Under the pieces are notes generated by a model that worked only from the letters and a program-made list of their open reading frames with translations, made no database searches and was not told where the DNA came from. From contig CAVOJR010000001.1 of the NCBI GenBank assembly GCA_963696295.1, forward strand, positions 3,120,095 to 3,184,094: a stretch of 64,000 nucleotides of DNA, read 5' to 3'. Position numbers and translations under genes: made by a program. Every line of letters starts with the position of its first letter. Positions within the stretch are counted from its first letter, which is position 1. Shown piece by piece: positions 34,034-43,434 of the stretch. Origin of the DNA: an uncultured Chlamydiae bacterium (GTDB lineage: Bacteria > Chlamydiota > Chlamydiia > Chlamydiales > JAJFMB01).

Positions 34034-36514
34034 ATGGACAGACGCAGCTTAATTTTTGTTATCGCTCTTTCTTTAACCCTTTTAGGTGTAAACACTTTTT
34101 TCCAATGGTTAAACCGCGGAGAAGTGGAAAAATGGCAGGAGCAGCAAAAAGCCTCCCTTGTCCTCGAAGAAAAGGAGCTTGCCGCCCAAGTCTCCGAGCA
34201 TACCGCGAAGCCGCAAGACCTGCCGCTTGTCGATCTGTTCGCCGACGAAGCGGGCCAAAATTATATCGGCCGGGGCGTCAAAGCCGGCGATACCGTGCTC
34301 ACCCTTTCCTGGGCCTCGGAACTGCCTAAAACTTTATTCAGCCGACCCTCGAACACCGAAAAAGCGTTGGAAAAAGTTGAAATTGCCTTTGCTCCGGAAA
34401 AACTGAAAGAACTCGCTGTTTACCGCTCCAAGCCCGAAGCGAAAATTCCCCTGGGATCCCTCCCCGCCAGCGGCCACTACGAACTTCAGCTGATAGAATT
34501 GCCTAAAGGCGAAATTGCTCTTGGGGAATATACTGATGGAGAATTATCAATACCCGCTGAACAGCTGCAGAAAATACGCGTCAGACTGGGGGAAGCAAAA
34601 GACATGGGCAAAGTCGGCAACGCCGTTGTCCTTTTCAAATCCACTCCTGTCGCAGTCTATGCGAGCGACACGAATTCTTTAGTCATGATCGAACATATCT
34701 TCAATCTCGGCTCACTCATTTCCGCTCCCGAAGCCAAAAAGGGTTTGAAAGCCGGAGAACGCTCTTCTGAAAAATTCTATGTGCTCGAAAATGACTACCA
34801 GCAGCTGGTCTTTTCCAATTACGGCGGTGCGCTGGCTGAGATCAATTTGCCCTTTAAAAACGAAAGCAACGACCGCAGCGTCGTCAGAGAGATCCAATTT
34901 GACCGCGACATGGTTAAAAACCACTCCTATAACGCCTACTTTCCGCAACACCCCTTTTACATTGCGGGCGTCGATAAGGAGCAGCCAAAAGGAAAACTTG
35001 GCGGCTATTACCCCTTGATCCGGCGCGATCTGATCGAATCTTCGAGCGGAAAATCCGTCAGAGTGGTCCCCTACTTTTACGCCCTTAACTTTATCTCGGA
35101 ATACCCTGAAGTTTCGGAGATTGTTTTTGATGTGCAATCTTTTACGAAAGATAAAATTGTCTTTGTCGCCAATCAGACTCACCGCCGCATCACAAAAACC
35201 TACTCGATTGCCGGACAGGAGAATGGAGCTCCCTATTGCATCGATTTGACTATTCAGATCGAGGGGGATTCGCGCGGTCTGTGGCTCTCAAGCGGCGTGC
35301 CTGAAGTGGAAATGATCTCCGGCTCCCCGGCGCCTGCGTTGAAATACCGGATTTTGAAAAACAACAACAAATCTGAAGTGAATGAAATTTCTCTTCCGAA
35401 AGACACAGCCACCGTTACCACGGTCAATCCCGATTGGATCAATACGGCAAACGGCTTTTTCGGCCTGATTGTCGATCCGCTGACAAAAATCGAACCGGGG
35501 TACCGCGTCCAGTATGTATCCGGCACTGTCGTCCCTTCAAGACTCGTTGAAATCGACCCTGAGTACAACCTTTTCAAGGCTCAAAATTTGCCCGGCTATA
35601 TGGCTATGCTGCCGATAAAATCGCGCAATGGAAGCTTGACTTTCCGCGTCTTTGCCGGTCCCTTCGCTGACAATATCTTAAAAACCGTCGACAGAACCTT
35701 TACCGATCCGGCCACCGGAGCCAGCCCCCAATATGTTGATGTGCAAAGCTTTCATGGCTGGTTTGCCTTTATATCCGAACCGTTTGCGAAGTTCCTGTAC
35801 ATCGTGATGAACTTCTTCCACAGCCTCACCAACTCGTGGGGTATTTCGATCATCCTCCTTACGGTTTTCCTCCGCCTGATGCTCTACCCGTTGAACGCCT
35901 GGTCCGCCCGCTCAATGGTAAAAATGCAGGAAATAGCCCCCAAAGTGCAGGCTATCCAGGAAAAGTATAAAAACGATCCGCGCAAATCACAACTCGAAAT
36001 CATGAATCTCTACCGGGAATCGGGAGCGAACCCCTTCTCCGGCTGCTTTCCGATCCTGATACAAATTCCGTTTCTGATCGGGATGTTCGGTTTGCTGAAA
36101 ACCACGTTTTCTTTACGAGGAGCCAGCTTTATTCCCGGATGGATCAATGATCTCTCCGCCCCCGATGTGCTCTTCTCATGGGACAAACCGATTCCATTTT
36201 TCGGAACCTCTTTCCATCTGCTTCCCTTTATTTTAGGCCTGGTTATGTTCATACAGCCGCGATTGACTTCAAACGCGCCCAAAGATCCGAATCAGATGAC
36301 CGAGCAGCAAAGGCAGGCCCGCGCCATGGGGAACATCATGTCTGTCGTCTTTACGGCGATGTTTTATAATTTCCCCTCCGGCCTTAACATCTATTGGCTC
36401 TTCTCCATGCTCCTCGGCATGCTGCAGCAGTGGTGGACGCAAAAGCAAATGGAAGCGAGAAAGGGAGCTGTTGTCATCGAAGCGAAACCGGCCAAGGCAA
36501 AAGCAAAAAAATAA
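34034..36514 (+). CDS. yidC: Membrane protein insertase YidC (long periplasmic domain form)
   Basis: N-terminal TM, large periplasmic domain, then WGISIILLTVFLRLMLYPLN, MQEIAPKVQAIQEKYKNDP and NPFSGCFPILIQIPFLIGMF. Confidence 0.93.
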   Translation: MDRRSLIFVIALSLTLLGVNTFFQWLNRGEVEKWQEQQKASLVLEEKELAAQVSEHTAKPQDLPLVDLFADEAGQNYIGRGVKAGDTVLTLSWASELPKTLFSRPSNTEKALEKVEIAFAPEKLKELAVYRSKPEAKIPLGSLPASGHYELQLIELPKGEIALGEYTDGELSIPAEQLQKIRVRLGEAKDMGKVGNAVVLFKSTPVAVYASDTNSLVMIEHIFNLGSLISAPEAKKGLKAGERSSEKFYVLENDYQQLVFSNYGGALAEINLPFKNESNDRSVVREIQFDRDMVKNHSYNAYFPQHPFYIAGVDKEQPKGKLGGYYPLIRRDLIESSSGKSVRVVPYFYALNFISEYPEVSEIVFDVQSFTKDKIVFVANQTHRRITKTYSIAGQENGAPYCIDLTIQIEGDSRGLWLSSGVPEVEMISGSPAPALKYRILKNNNKSEVNEISLPKDTATVTTVNPDWINTANGFFGLIVDPLTKIEPGYRVQYVSGTVVPSRLVEIDPEYNLFKAQNLPGYMAMLPIKSRNGSLTFRVFAGPFADNILKTVDRTFTDPATGASPQYVDVQSFHGWFAFISEPFAKFLYIVMNFFHSLTNSWGISIILLTVFLRLMLYPLNAWSARSMVKMQEIAPKVQAIQEKYKNDPRKSQLEIMNLYRESGANPFSGCFPILIQIPFLIGMFGLLKTTFSLRGASFIPGWINDLSAPDVLFSWDKPIPFFGTSFHLLPFILGLVMFIQPRLTSNAPKDPNQMTEQQRQARAMGNIMSVVFTAMFYNFPSGLNIYWLFSMLLGMLQQWWTQKQMEARKGAVVIEAKPAKAKAKK

Positions 36515-36540
36515 GGCCAAAAATAAGGCCAAAAATAACA
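36507..36540 (+). repeat. 12-bp tandem repeat (AAAAATAAGGCC x2.8) that includes the yidC stop codon
   Basis: Units at 36507-36518 (contains the TAA stop at 36512-36514), 36519-36530 and a partial one at 36531-36540. Confidence 0.8.
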
Positions 36541-36570
36541 CTTGTTCCAATTGTATCTCTGGTTTAATTT

Positions 36571-36640
36571 ATACCTAAACAACTTGAAGAGTTTGTTAAG
36601 GAACCTATCCAATTCCCAACTCTTCAAGTTGTTTGGGTAT
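36571..36640. repeat. 23-bp-stem hairpin with TATACC(C/T)AAACAA termini between yidC and dnaA
   Basis: ATACCTAAACAACTTGAAGAGTT (36571-36593) pairs with AACTCTTCAAGTTGTTTGGGTAT (36618-36640), 22 of 23 complementary, with a 24-nt loop. Confidence 0.75.
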
Positions 36641-36666
36641 AAAACTCTTGAATTGGAATGTAACGT

Positions 36667-38043
36667 ATGCAGGCTTGGGAAAATTTCTTAAAGAGTCAGA
36701 TTACCGAGATCGGCAAAGAGGCTGTGCAAAAATGGCTGAAGCCCCTGAAAATCCTGCGCTATGACGCCCAAAACCTCTATCTGGAAGCCAAAGACACCTT
36801 CCAGGCCCTTTGGTTTGAAGAGCATATCCGCCCGAAAACCAAAAGCATAACCAATAACAATAACCGCCCCATCCGAATCCACTTAGCTATTGCCAACCAG
36901 GTCAAAGTCGATCCTAAAAAGCAAAAAGAGACTCCCAAACAAACAATCCCTCCCTTTAAAATCACCTTTGAAGAGCTCTCCCCTCACTGTACTTTCGAGC
37001 AATTTTTAGTGCATGAGGGCAACTTGCTCGTCTATAAATTGCTTTGCAAAGTGACGGGCTATGATGCCGAAAGCCATAAACTTATTCCGGGAGCCGCCGA
37101 ACTGGTCTCCTTTAACCCTATATTCCTGCATGGCCCGTCGGGCACCGGGAAAACCCATTTATTGATGGCTGCCGCTCAAGCCTTAAAAGATCGCTCTTTA
37201 AATGTGCGGTATATACGCTCGGAAAGATTTACGGAACATGTAGTGGCCGCCATTAGAGCCGGTGAAATGAGCGCCTTTCGGCAAGCCTACCGCACGATTG
37301 ATGTTCTGATCATTGACGATGTGCATATTTTCTCGCGCAAAAGAGCCACCCAGGAGGAATTCTTCCACTCCTTTAACGCTCTGCACCTCACGGGCAAACA
37401 AATTATCATCAGCGCCAATTGCCTGCCCTCAGAGCTCGCCCATATCGAGCCGAGGCTCATCAGCCGCTTCGAGTGGGGCATTGTGCTCCCCTTAGAACGG
37501 GCTGACGAGGAGGCAGCCAAAAAAATTATCCTGAAAAAGGCCGCGGCGCTGAAATTCCCCATCTCCCAAAAAGTGGTGGATTATTTGGTGAACACCTTCA
37601 AAAGCAACATGAAAGCTTTGTGCCGCGCGCTCGAAGCTTTAATTTTGCGCATCCATTTGCAGGAATCTTCCGTTTACAGCAATCACCCGGAAAATATACC
37701 GCTCCCTCTGGTTAAGCATCTTTTGGCGGACCTGGCGCGGGAAGAGGAGCGCTACGTGTTGACGGCGGATATGATACTGGAAAGCGTCGCAGGGCATTTC
37801 GAAGTTGAAAGGGAAGAGATCACCGGCAAGGCGCAGAGCCGCGATTGCGTGCTGCCCCGCCAAATCGCCATGTATCTTTGCCGCAGCCAATTAAAAATGT
37901 CCTACACAAAAATTGGAGATCTCTTTGAACGGGATCACTCTACTGTGATGACCAGCGTAAAGAGAATCCAAAAAGATTTTGACGAGGACGACAAGGATTT
38001 ATTGATGCATTTACACGCTATCACCAAGAGTTTGACCCCATGA
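36667..38043 (+). CDS. dnaA: Chromosomal replication initiator DnaA
   Basis: [11 protein letters not shown] (Walker A), LIIDDVH (Walker B), and the C-terminal DNA-binding domain RQIAMYLCR...SY..IG..F.RDHSTV. Confidence 0.93.
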   Translation: MQAWENFLKSQITEIGKEAVQKWLKPLKILRYDAQNLYLEAKDTFQALWFEEHIRPKTKSITNNNNRPIRIHLAIANQVKVDPKKQKETPKQTIPPFKITFEELSPHCTFEQFLVHEGNLLVYKLLCKVTGYDAESHKLIPGAAELVSFNPIFLHGPSGTGKTHLLMAAAQALKDRSLNVRYIRSERFTEHVVAAIRAGEMSAFRQAYRTIDVLIIDDVHIFSRKRATQEEFFHSFNALHLTGKQIIISANCLPSELAHIEPRLISRFEWGIVLPLERADEEAAKKIILKKAAALKFPISQKVVDYLVNTFKSNMKALCRALEALILRIHLQESSVYSNHPENIPLPLVKHLLADLAREEERYVLTADMILESVAGHFEVEREEITGKAQSRDCVLPRQIAMYLCRSQLKMSYTKIGDLFERDHSTVMTSVKRIQKDFDEDDKDLLMHLHAITKSLTP

Positions 38044-39365
38044 AAAAAGATTACCGAATCGTCGACGACATAGACATCGCCTCAGAGAAAGGACAGGAGC
38101 TTGCCAGATGGGGGAGGCAGGAGATCAATCTCGCGGAAAAGGAGATGCCCGGTTTGATGGCTCTTCGCTCCCAGTATGGGAATAGCAAACCCTTGAAGGG
38201 CGCCCGCATCGCGGGTTGCCTGCACATGACCATTCAGACGGCCGTTTTGATAGAAACGCTTATCGAGCTTGGCGCTAAAGTGCGCTGGTCCTCATGCAAT
38301 ATCTATTCCACGCAAGACCATGCCGCAGCGGCCATGGCGGCGGCAAAGGTTCCCGTTTTCGCCTGGAAAGGGGAACCGGAAGAGCTCTATGAGTGGTGCA
38401 TCGCGCAAACACTTCAATTTGATAAGGGGCCTCTCAATATGATCATCGATGACGGTGGCGATCTGACCAATTACGTGCACGACCTGCACCCGGAACTTCT
38501 CCCGGGAATTAAAGGGCTGACCGAAGAGACGACCACCGGCATCCGGCAGCTTTACAAAAGGATGAAAGAAGGGCTGCTCGGCGTTCCGGCCATCAATGTC
38601 AACAATTCGGTGACCAAATCGAAGTTCGACAACCTCTACGGCTGCCGCGAATCGCTGCTCGACGGGATCAAACGGGCTACGGACATCATGATCGCCGGTA
38701 AAGTGGTGGTGATCTCAGGCTATGGAGATGTGGGCAAAGGGTGCGCCCAGGCCATGGCGCATCAAGGAGCCAGGGTGCTCATCACGGAAATCGATCCCAT
38801 TTGCGCTTATCAGGCGGCCATGGAAGGTTATGCGGTAGTCACTATGGAAGCAGCGGCTCCAGTCGGCGACATTTTTGTGACAGCCACAGGGTGTAAAGGG
38901 GTGATCCGCAAAGGACACATGGAACGGATGAAGGATCTGGCCATTTTGTGCAATATCGGCCATTTTGACTGCGAAATCGATGTCGCGGCCCTCATGAGCG
39001 ATTCTTCCATTGTGGAAACCAGCATAAAACCTCAAGTGGATCTGTTTACCTTTAAAAACGGCAAAAGATTGATCTTGCTGGCGAGAGGCAGACTGGTCAA
39101 TTTGAGCTGCGCCACCGGCCATTCCTCCTTTGTGATGTCTAATTCTTTCACAAATCAGGTCCTCGCGCAAATGGAGCTTTGGCAGGCCAAGCCCGGCGCT
39201 TACCCAGTCGGCATTTATCACCTCCCTAAAATTCTCGATGAACAGGTGGCGCGCCTGCATCTGGATAAGCTGGGAGTTCACTTGACTACCCTGACGGAAG
39301 AGCAGGCCGGCTACCTCGATATTCCTGCTGACGGCCCCTATAAACCCGATTATTACAGGTATTGA
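38040..39365 (+). CDS. ahcY: Adenosylhomocysteinase
   Basis: [38 protein letters not shown] (NAD site), GHFD.EID, HLDKLGV.LT.L. ATGA overlap with the dnaA stop. Confidence 0.93.
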   Translation: MKKDYRIVDDIDIASEKGQELARWGRQEINLAEKEMPGLMALRSQYGNSKPLKGARIAGCLHMTIQTAVLIETLIELGAKVRWSSCNIYSTQDHAAAAMAAAKVPVFAWKGEPEELYEWCIAQTLQFDKGPLNMIIDDGGDLTNYVHDLHPELLPGIKGLTEETTTGIRQLYKRMKEGLLGVPAINVNNSVTKSKFDNLYGCRESLLDGIKRATDIMIAGKVVVISGYGDVGKGCAQAMAHQGARVLITEIDPICAYQAAMEGYAVVTMEAAAPVGDIFVTATGCKGVIRKGHMERMKDLAILCNIGHFDCEIDVAALMSDSSIVETSIKPQVDLFTFKNGKRLILLARGRLVNLSCATGHSSFVMSNSFTNQVLAQMELWQAKPGAYPVGIYHLPKILDEQVARLHLDKLGVHLTTLTEEQAGYLDIPADGPYKPDYYRY

Positions 39366-39366
39366 G

Positions 39367-39395
39367 TTGCAAAAAAATAGCTACTCTGCTATAGT
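39367..39395 (+). promoter_or_regulatory. Sigma-70-like promoter of tRNA-Pro
   Basis: TTGCAA (39367-39372), 17-nt spacer, TATAGT (39390-39395), 18 nt upstream of the tRNA 5' end. Confidence 0.55.
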
Positions 39396-39413
39396 TGTAT
39401 TTTACAAGTTAAA

Positions 39414-39488
39414 CGGAGTATAGCGCAGTTTGGCTAGCGCGGCTGCTTTGGGAGCAGTAGGTCGGGGGTTCAAATCCCTCTACTCCGA
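39414..39488 (+). tRNA. tRNA-Pro (anticodon UGG)
   Basis: Hand-folded cloverleaf: acceptor CGGAGTA/TACTCCG, D arm GCGC-AGTTTGGCTA-GCGC, anticodon arm GCTGC-TTTGGGA-GCAGT (anticodon TGG), variable AGGTC, T arm GGGGG-TTCAAAT-CCCTC, discriminator A. CCA is not encoded. Closely resembles E. coli tRNA-Pro. Confidence 0.9.
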
Positions 39489-39498
39489 CAAAATTATC

Positions 39499-39537
39499 AG
39501 CTCCTAACACCGCATGCGTTTTAGGAGCTTTTTTTTA
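39499..39537 (+). terminator. Rho-independent terminator after tRNA-Pro
   Basis: AGCTCCTAA / TTAGGAGCT 9-bp stem followed by T8. It ends 2 nt before the lgt ATG. Confidence 0.75.
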
Positions 39538-39539
39538 TC

Positions 39540-40649
39540 ATGGCGCAAGTATTAAGTTATCTATACTGGGATCCTGTAAGAGAGATGTTTTACATCCCTC
39601 TGATCGAAAGGCCTGTCATGTGGTATGGCTTTTTCTTCGTTTTAGGCCTCATGATCGGTTATTACATTATGATCCGGGTTTTTGAGCGCAAACTGGCCCA
39701 AACCCCCCAGCTTCTGATGCGCGACGTGGGCAACTGGAACGTTTTGATGCGGCAGCTGAGGCGCGCTTTGCAGGAAGATATCGGAAAACTCAGCGAACTG
39801 GTAAAAACTTTCCCAAAAGAACTGACCATCAAACTGAAAAATCAGTCCAATACGGAAACGATCAAATTAAAAGTTTTAGATGAACTCAATCAATACGGCA
39901 TTGAGAGGAAAGAGTGGGAGAAACTTTTTCCCAAGGCTTTCTTTACCCTGAAGGAATTAAGCGTCAGTTTGGCTGACAAGCTGCTTTGGTTCCTCATTGC
40001 CGGCATCCTGATCGGCGCGCGGCTTGGGCATGTCTTTTTTTATGAGTGGCCAAGATTTTCCTCCCACCCCATCGATATCCTGAAAGTGTGGGAAGGAGGG
40101 CTTGCCAGCCATGGAGGAACGATCGGCATCCTGATTGCCGTTTTTGCCTATCTTAAGGTGATAGGCCGCCAATTTCCGGAACTTAAGTTCATTGTGATGC
40201 TCGATGCGCTCTCTGTGCCTACAGGTCTTGCCGCTTACTTTATCCGGATCGGCAACTTTGTGAATCAGGAGATCATCGGCGTTCCCACATCTCTGCCTTG
40301 GGCCATCATCTTTGGGCATCCTGCCGACGGCAGTCCTTCCGTCCCAAGGCACCCAACCCAACTTTACGAGGCAATGGCCTATCTCGGGATCTTTATTTTC
40401 CTCTACACCTTATGGAAGCGAAAAGCCGAGCAGCTTCGCCCGGGGGTGATCAGCGGTCTGTTTTTCATTTTGACATTTGGCTCCCGCTTTTTCTTTGAAT
40501 TTACCAAAAAGCCTTTGAGCTCCATGATCGACGAACATTTCCTGCAAACAGGGCAATACTTGAGTATTCCTTTTATCATGCTCGGAATATTCCTGCTCTT
40601 TAATAATGCGGAGCCGGCCAAAGAGACTGTCCAATATCCCCAGGTCTAG
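39540..40649 (+). CDS. lgt: Prolipoprotein diacylglyceryl transferase (with ~90-aa insertion after TM1)
   Basis: WYGFFFVLGLMIGY, GARLGHVFFYEW, VWEGGLASHGGTIG, RIGNFVNQEIIG, RHPTQLYEA. Confidence 0.9.
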   Translation: MAQVLSYLYWDPVREMFYIPLIERPVMWYGFFFVLGLMIGYYIMIRVFERKLAQTPQLLMRDVGNWNVLMRQLRRALQEDIGKLSELVKTFPKELTIKLKNQSNTETIKLKVLDELNQYGIERKEWEKLFPKAFFTLKELSVSLADKLLWFLIAGILIGARLGHVFFYEWPRFSSHPIDILKVWEGGLASHGGTIGILIAVFAYLKVIGRQFPELKFIVMLDALSVPTGLAAYFIRIGNFVNQEIIGVPTSLPWAIIFGHPADGSPSVPRHPTQLYEAMAYLGIFIFLYTLWKRKAEQLRPGVISGLFFILTFGSRFFFEFTKKPLSSMIDEHFLQTGQYLSIPFIMLGIFLLFNNAEPAKETVQYPQV

Positions 40650-41024
40650 GCCTCCAAAGCCACCAGTCTAGTCACCCCTCGGCCGCAGAAGCAGAAGTAT
40701 TCCTAAAGCCACAACCAGGCCCCAATAAGTGAGCCAATATCAGTATAGTCTCGCCTCGGCCGCAGGAGCAGAAGTATTCCTAAAGCCACCCGATAAGTGA
40801 GCCAATATCAGTCTAGTCACCGCTCGGCCGCAGGAGCAGAAGTTTTCCTAAAGCCGCCCGATAAGTGAGCCAATATCAGTCTTGTCTCGCCTCGGCCGCA
40901 GGAGCAGAAGTTTTCCTAAAGCCGCCCAATAAGTGAGCCAATATCGGTCTAGTCTCGCCTCGGCCGCAGAAGCAGAAGTATTCCTAAAGCCACCACCAGG
41001 CCGCCCGGGTAAGTGAGCCAATAT
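40650..41024 (-). repeat. Tandem array of 5 copies (77, 68, 68, 68, 80 bp) of the resB 3' terminus including its stop codon
   Basis: Units start at 40664, 40741, 40809, 40877 and 40945, with a partial unit at 40650-40663. The last unit is the genuine gene end (...YWLTYPGGLVVALGILLLLRPRRD*). Upstream units encode YWLTY(R/R/G)VALG(I/K)LLLLRP(R/S)(R/G)D followed by TAG, TAT, TAG or AAG. Confidence 0.9.
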
Positions 41025-42871
41025 TTTGCAGGGTCCCTATTCACCACCAGCTGAATGCGCTGTATTGAGGTCTCCTCATGGGGATAAATGTGCGACAGAT
41101 AAAACCGGTAGCCATCCCAAGTCTCATGCACCTCGTTCATGCTCACCGTCTTTTCCACTTCCGTCTGATTTTTCAAGTCGGTAATCAACAAATCGCTCTC
41201 ATAGCTATAAGCCTGATCCATTTGCGGATAGTTGATTTGCCGCGCATCCCTCAACCTTATTTTAAAGGGAATGCGCCTCATCTCAGGGCGGAAACTCATA
41301 AGGAAACCCCCTCGCGGCCAGCTGAGGCCCTGCCCGTAGGGATCATAAAGCAAAGTCTGATAAAGCCCCTCTTTTGTTTTTACCACGATCATGGGCCGGT
41401 TATCTTCCAATTTTTTTAGGGGCTCCAGGGGTTCATGCCGCACGGTCAGCGGACACTCAAAACTCATCCGCTCTTCAAAGGAAATCCCCAATTGCCCTGG
41501 GTCAACGCCATATACCCTGAGATAAACCGAGAGCATCTGCTCTGATGAGGACTCTTGAGGGGGGGCGGGAAGCTCCTCGGCGACCATAAATACCTGCTGC
41601 AAAAGAGCGGTAATTAGTTCTTCTGGGTCTTTGATGTGTTCCACGAGGGAGGCGAGCGGCCAGTTTTTCAGATAGGCGGCCAGATCCTGCCCTCTCTTCA
41701 TCCCCTCCTCCAGCTCATTCAGCAAATAAGCCCCCCACTGAGCCCCTTTTCTTTCCCGCTCGCTCACCTGGCTCCAGTCCTGGTTTAAATACAATTTCAG
41801 CGGAGGAGGCAGGCTTTCCGCTTGTTCGAGGATTTTTTTTTCGCGGGTGGACCGGTCATAAGGAAAAGGGAATTTTGCCGCCGCGCTATAGCCGCTAAAA
41901 CCTTTGTCATAGGCGATATAGTGATCCAATTTGTCCCCAGGGAAAACCTTGGAAAAAAAGTGTCCGTAGGCGTCAAAGGCGTAAAAATGGGTATCTCCCT
42001 TCAGGTCTTTGACAAAGAGCAGTTTCGGAGTAGTCGATAAATCTGCGGCGAGCTCCTTATAGGGGAGGTTCAATAAGGCTTGATCGCCGGTCAGAGGAAT
42101 GGTTATGCCCAAATGATGCAGCGCTGGCCCCTCCCAATCAATCGCTCCATCAAATGGCCCTTCAAAGACAATTTTTTTGCTCTTCCGGTCGCTCAGACGG
42201 AGGAGAAGCCCCTCCAGGTAGACTTTCTTCGCCACTTCCATCGGATCGGCGGCATGATAGGCGTAAAGATCCCAATGATCGGCAAGGTCGCCTGGAATTT
42301 TCATCCGGGAGGAGACTTGCGCCTTTCCCTCATAGGGGTAGACCGGAAAGGGCTGAATGCCATCGAGAAAAGCAAAATTCCCTTTGATCCAGGTTTCATA
42401 GCTTTCCTTGCCGTGGGGATAAAAATGAACGATTTCCAATCCCTCCTCAACCTGGTCCAGGGGATATTGCCGCTGGCTGCCATTTTGATTTTGCACATGG
42501 AGCCGCTCCGTGCCGGGGATGATCAGCGTATCCGAGGAGGTTCCCTCCAGCAAGCCCATCTGCCCTTGCGTCCCTTTGATATTTTTGATCATGACTCCCC
42601 CGATGATCATCAACAGACCTAAATGGGTGATCAAAAAGGGGATATGTTTGCTCTTAAAGGGCCATCTTCTTAGGGCGGACACCAGGATGTTCACAAAAAA
42701 AAGGGAGAGCAAAAAGAGAAAAACGGGATTGCTGTAAGCAAGGGAGGCGGCGTAAAGATGGGAGCCGGTAAAGCTTTCGGCCAAAGTGCCGGCGATGACG
42801 ATCAGGGCCGAAGAGGCGATCAAACCGACAGCCAAATAAACACTGCCTAAAAAATAAACGATTTTCTTCAC
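40949..42871 (-). CDS. resB: Cytochrome c biogenesis protein ResB/CcsB (system II)
   Basis: N-terminal TM and SNPVFLFLLSLFFVNILVSALRRWPF...HLGLLMIIGG. Large periplasmic domain. C-terminal MNEVHETWDGYRFYLS...VNRDPAKYWLTYPGG..ALG TM segment, typical of ResB. Confidence 0.8.
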   Translation of the reverse strand: MKKIVYFLGSVYLAVGLIASSALIVIAGTLAESFTGSHLYAASLAYSNPVFLFLLSLFFVNILVSALRRWPFKSKHIPFLITHLGLLMIIGGVMIKNIKGTQGQMGLLEGTSSDTLIIPGTERLHVQNQNGSQRQYPLDQVEEGLEIVHFYPHGKESYETWIKGNFAFLDGIQPFPVYPYEGKAQVSSRMKIPGDLADHWDLYAYHAADPMEVAKKVYLEGLLLRLSDRKSKKIVFEGPFDGAIDWEGPALHHLGITIPLTGDQALLNLPYKELAADLSTTPKLLFVKDLKGDTHFYAFDAYGHFFSKVFPGDKLDHYIAYDKGFSGYSAAAKFPFPYDRSTREKKILEQAESLPPPLKLYLNQDWSQVSERERKGAQWGAYLLNELEEGMKRGQDLAAYLKNWPLASLVEHIKDPEELITALLQQVFMVAEELPAPPQESSSEQMLSVYLRVYGVDPGQLGISFEERMSFECPLTVRHEPLEPLKKLEDNRPMIVVKTKEGLYQTLLYDPYGQGLSWPRGGFLMSFRPEMRRIPFKIRLRDARQINYPQMDQAYSYESDLLITDLKNQTEVEKTVSMNEVHETWDGYRFYLSHIYPHEETSIQRIQLVVNRDPAKYWLTYPGGLVVALGILLLLRPRRD

Positions 42872-43434
42872 GCAGCAATATCTTGTATTAATTCAAAACT
42901 GCGGGCAAACCGCTCAATTTCCTCCTTGTAGGATTCCACCATTTCTTTAGGACCCACTACTTTTATGGTCACATCGGAACCAAGCTGCCCCTTGATGAAA
43001 GAGTATAACTCCGGAGCTAGCTGCAGGCTCCAGCCGATCATGGTGGTTTTTTTCCCCTCGATCAGGCCCGAACCCTCAAACTTTAAACCGACATAGCCGC
43101 TAAAAGCTTGCGGGGTGATAAAAATCCCGTGCGGATCCAGCGCGGAAAATTGTTTTTTCCACCGGGTGATTTGCGCCTGGGGCGGCACCTTTATATTGGG
43201 AAAATTATGAATGGTGGCTCGCACGGAGCCCTCGATGAGAAACTCGCAGATCGGCTTGGTCGTATCGTCTAAAGAGCCCTCTACGAGTTTTCTCTGCCAG
43301 CCGAAAGGCACTTTGATTCTATAAAGCGGTTTTTGATCCCGGCCGGGAATTTCCTGATAACCGGCTTTCGGGAACTCAGGAGTTCCGCAGCTCGCGGCAC
43401 AGGCGATAAGAATCAAACAGATTAAATAGCTCAT
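42868..43434 (-). CDS. Hypothetical lipoprotein, translationally coupled to resB
   Basis: Lipobox LIACAASCG. 4-nt overlaps with both neighbouring genes. Confidence 0.65.
   Translation of the reverse strand: MSYLICLILIACAASCGTPEFPKAGYQEIPGRDQKPLYRIKVPFGWQRKLVEGSLDDTTKPICEFLIEGSVRATIHNFPNIKVPPQAQITRWKKQFSALDPHGIFITPQAFSGYVGLKFEGSGLIEGKKTTMIGWSLQLAPELYSFIKGQLGSDVTIKVVGPKEMVESYKEEIERFARSFELIQDIAA

Noticed and set aside
36515-36666. Calling the yidC-dnaA spacer the replication origin
   Set aside because: I found no canonical TTATCCACA boxes and no obvious AT-rich unwinding element. Chlamydiae carry two dnaA paralogs. GC-skew over the full chromosome is needed before any oriC call.
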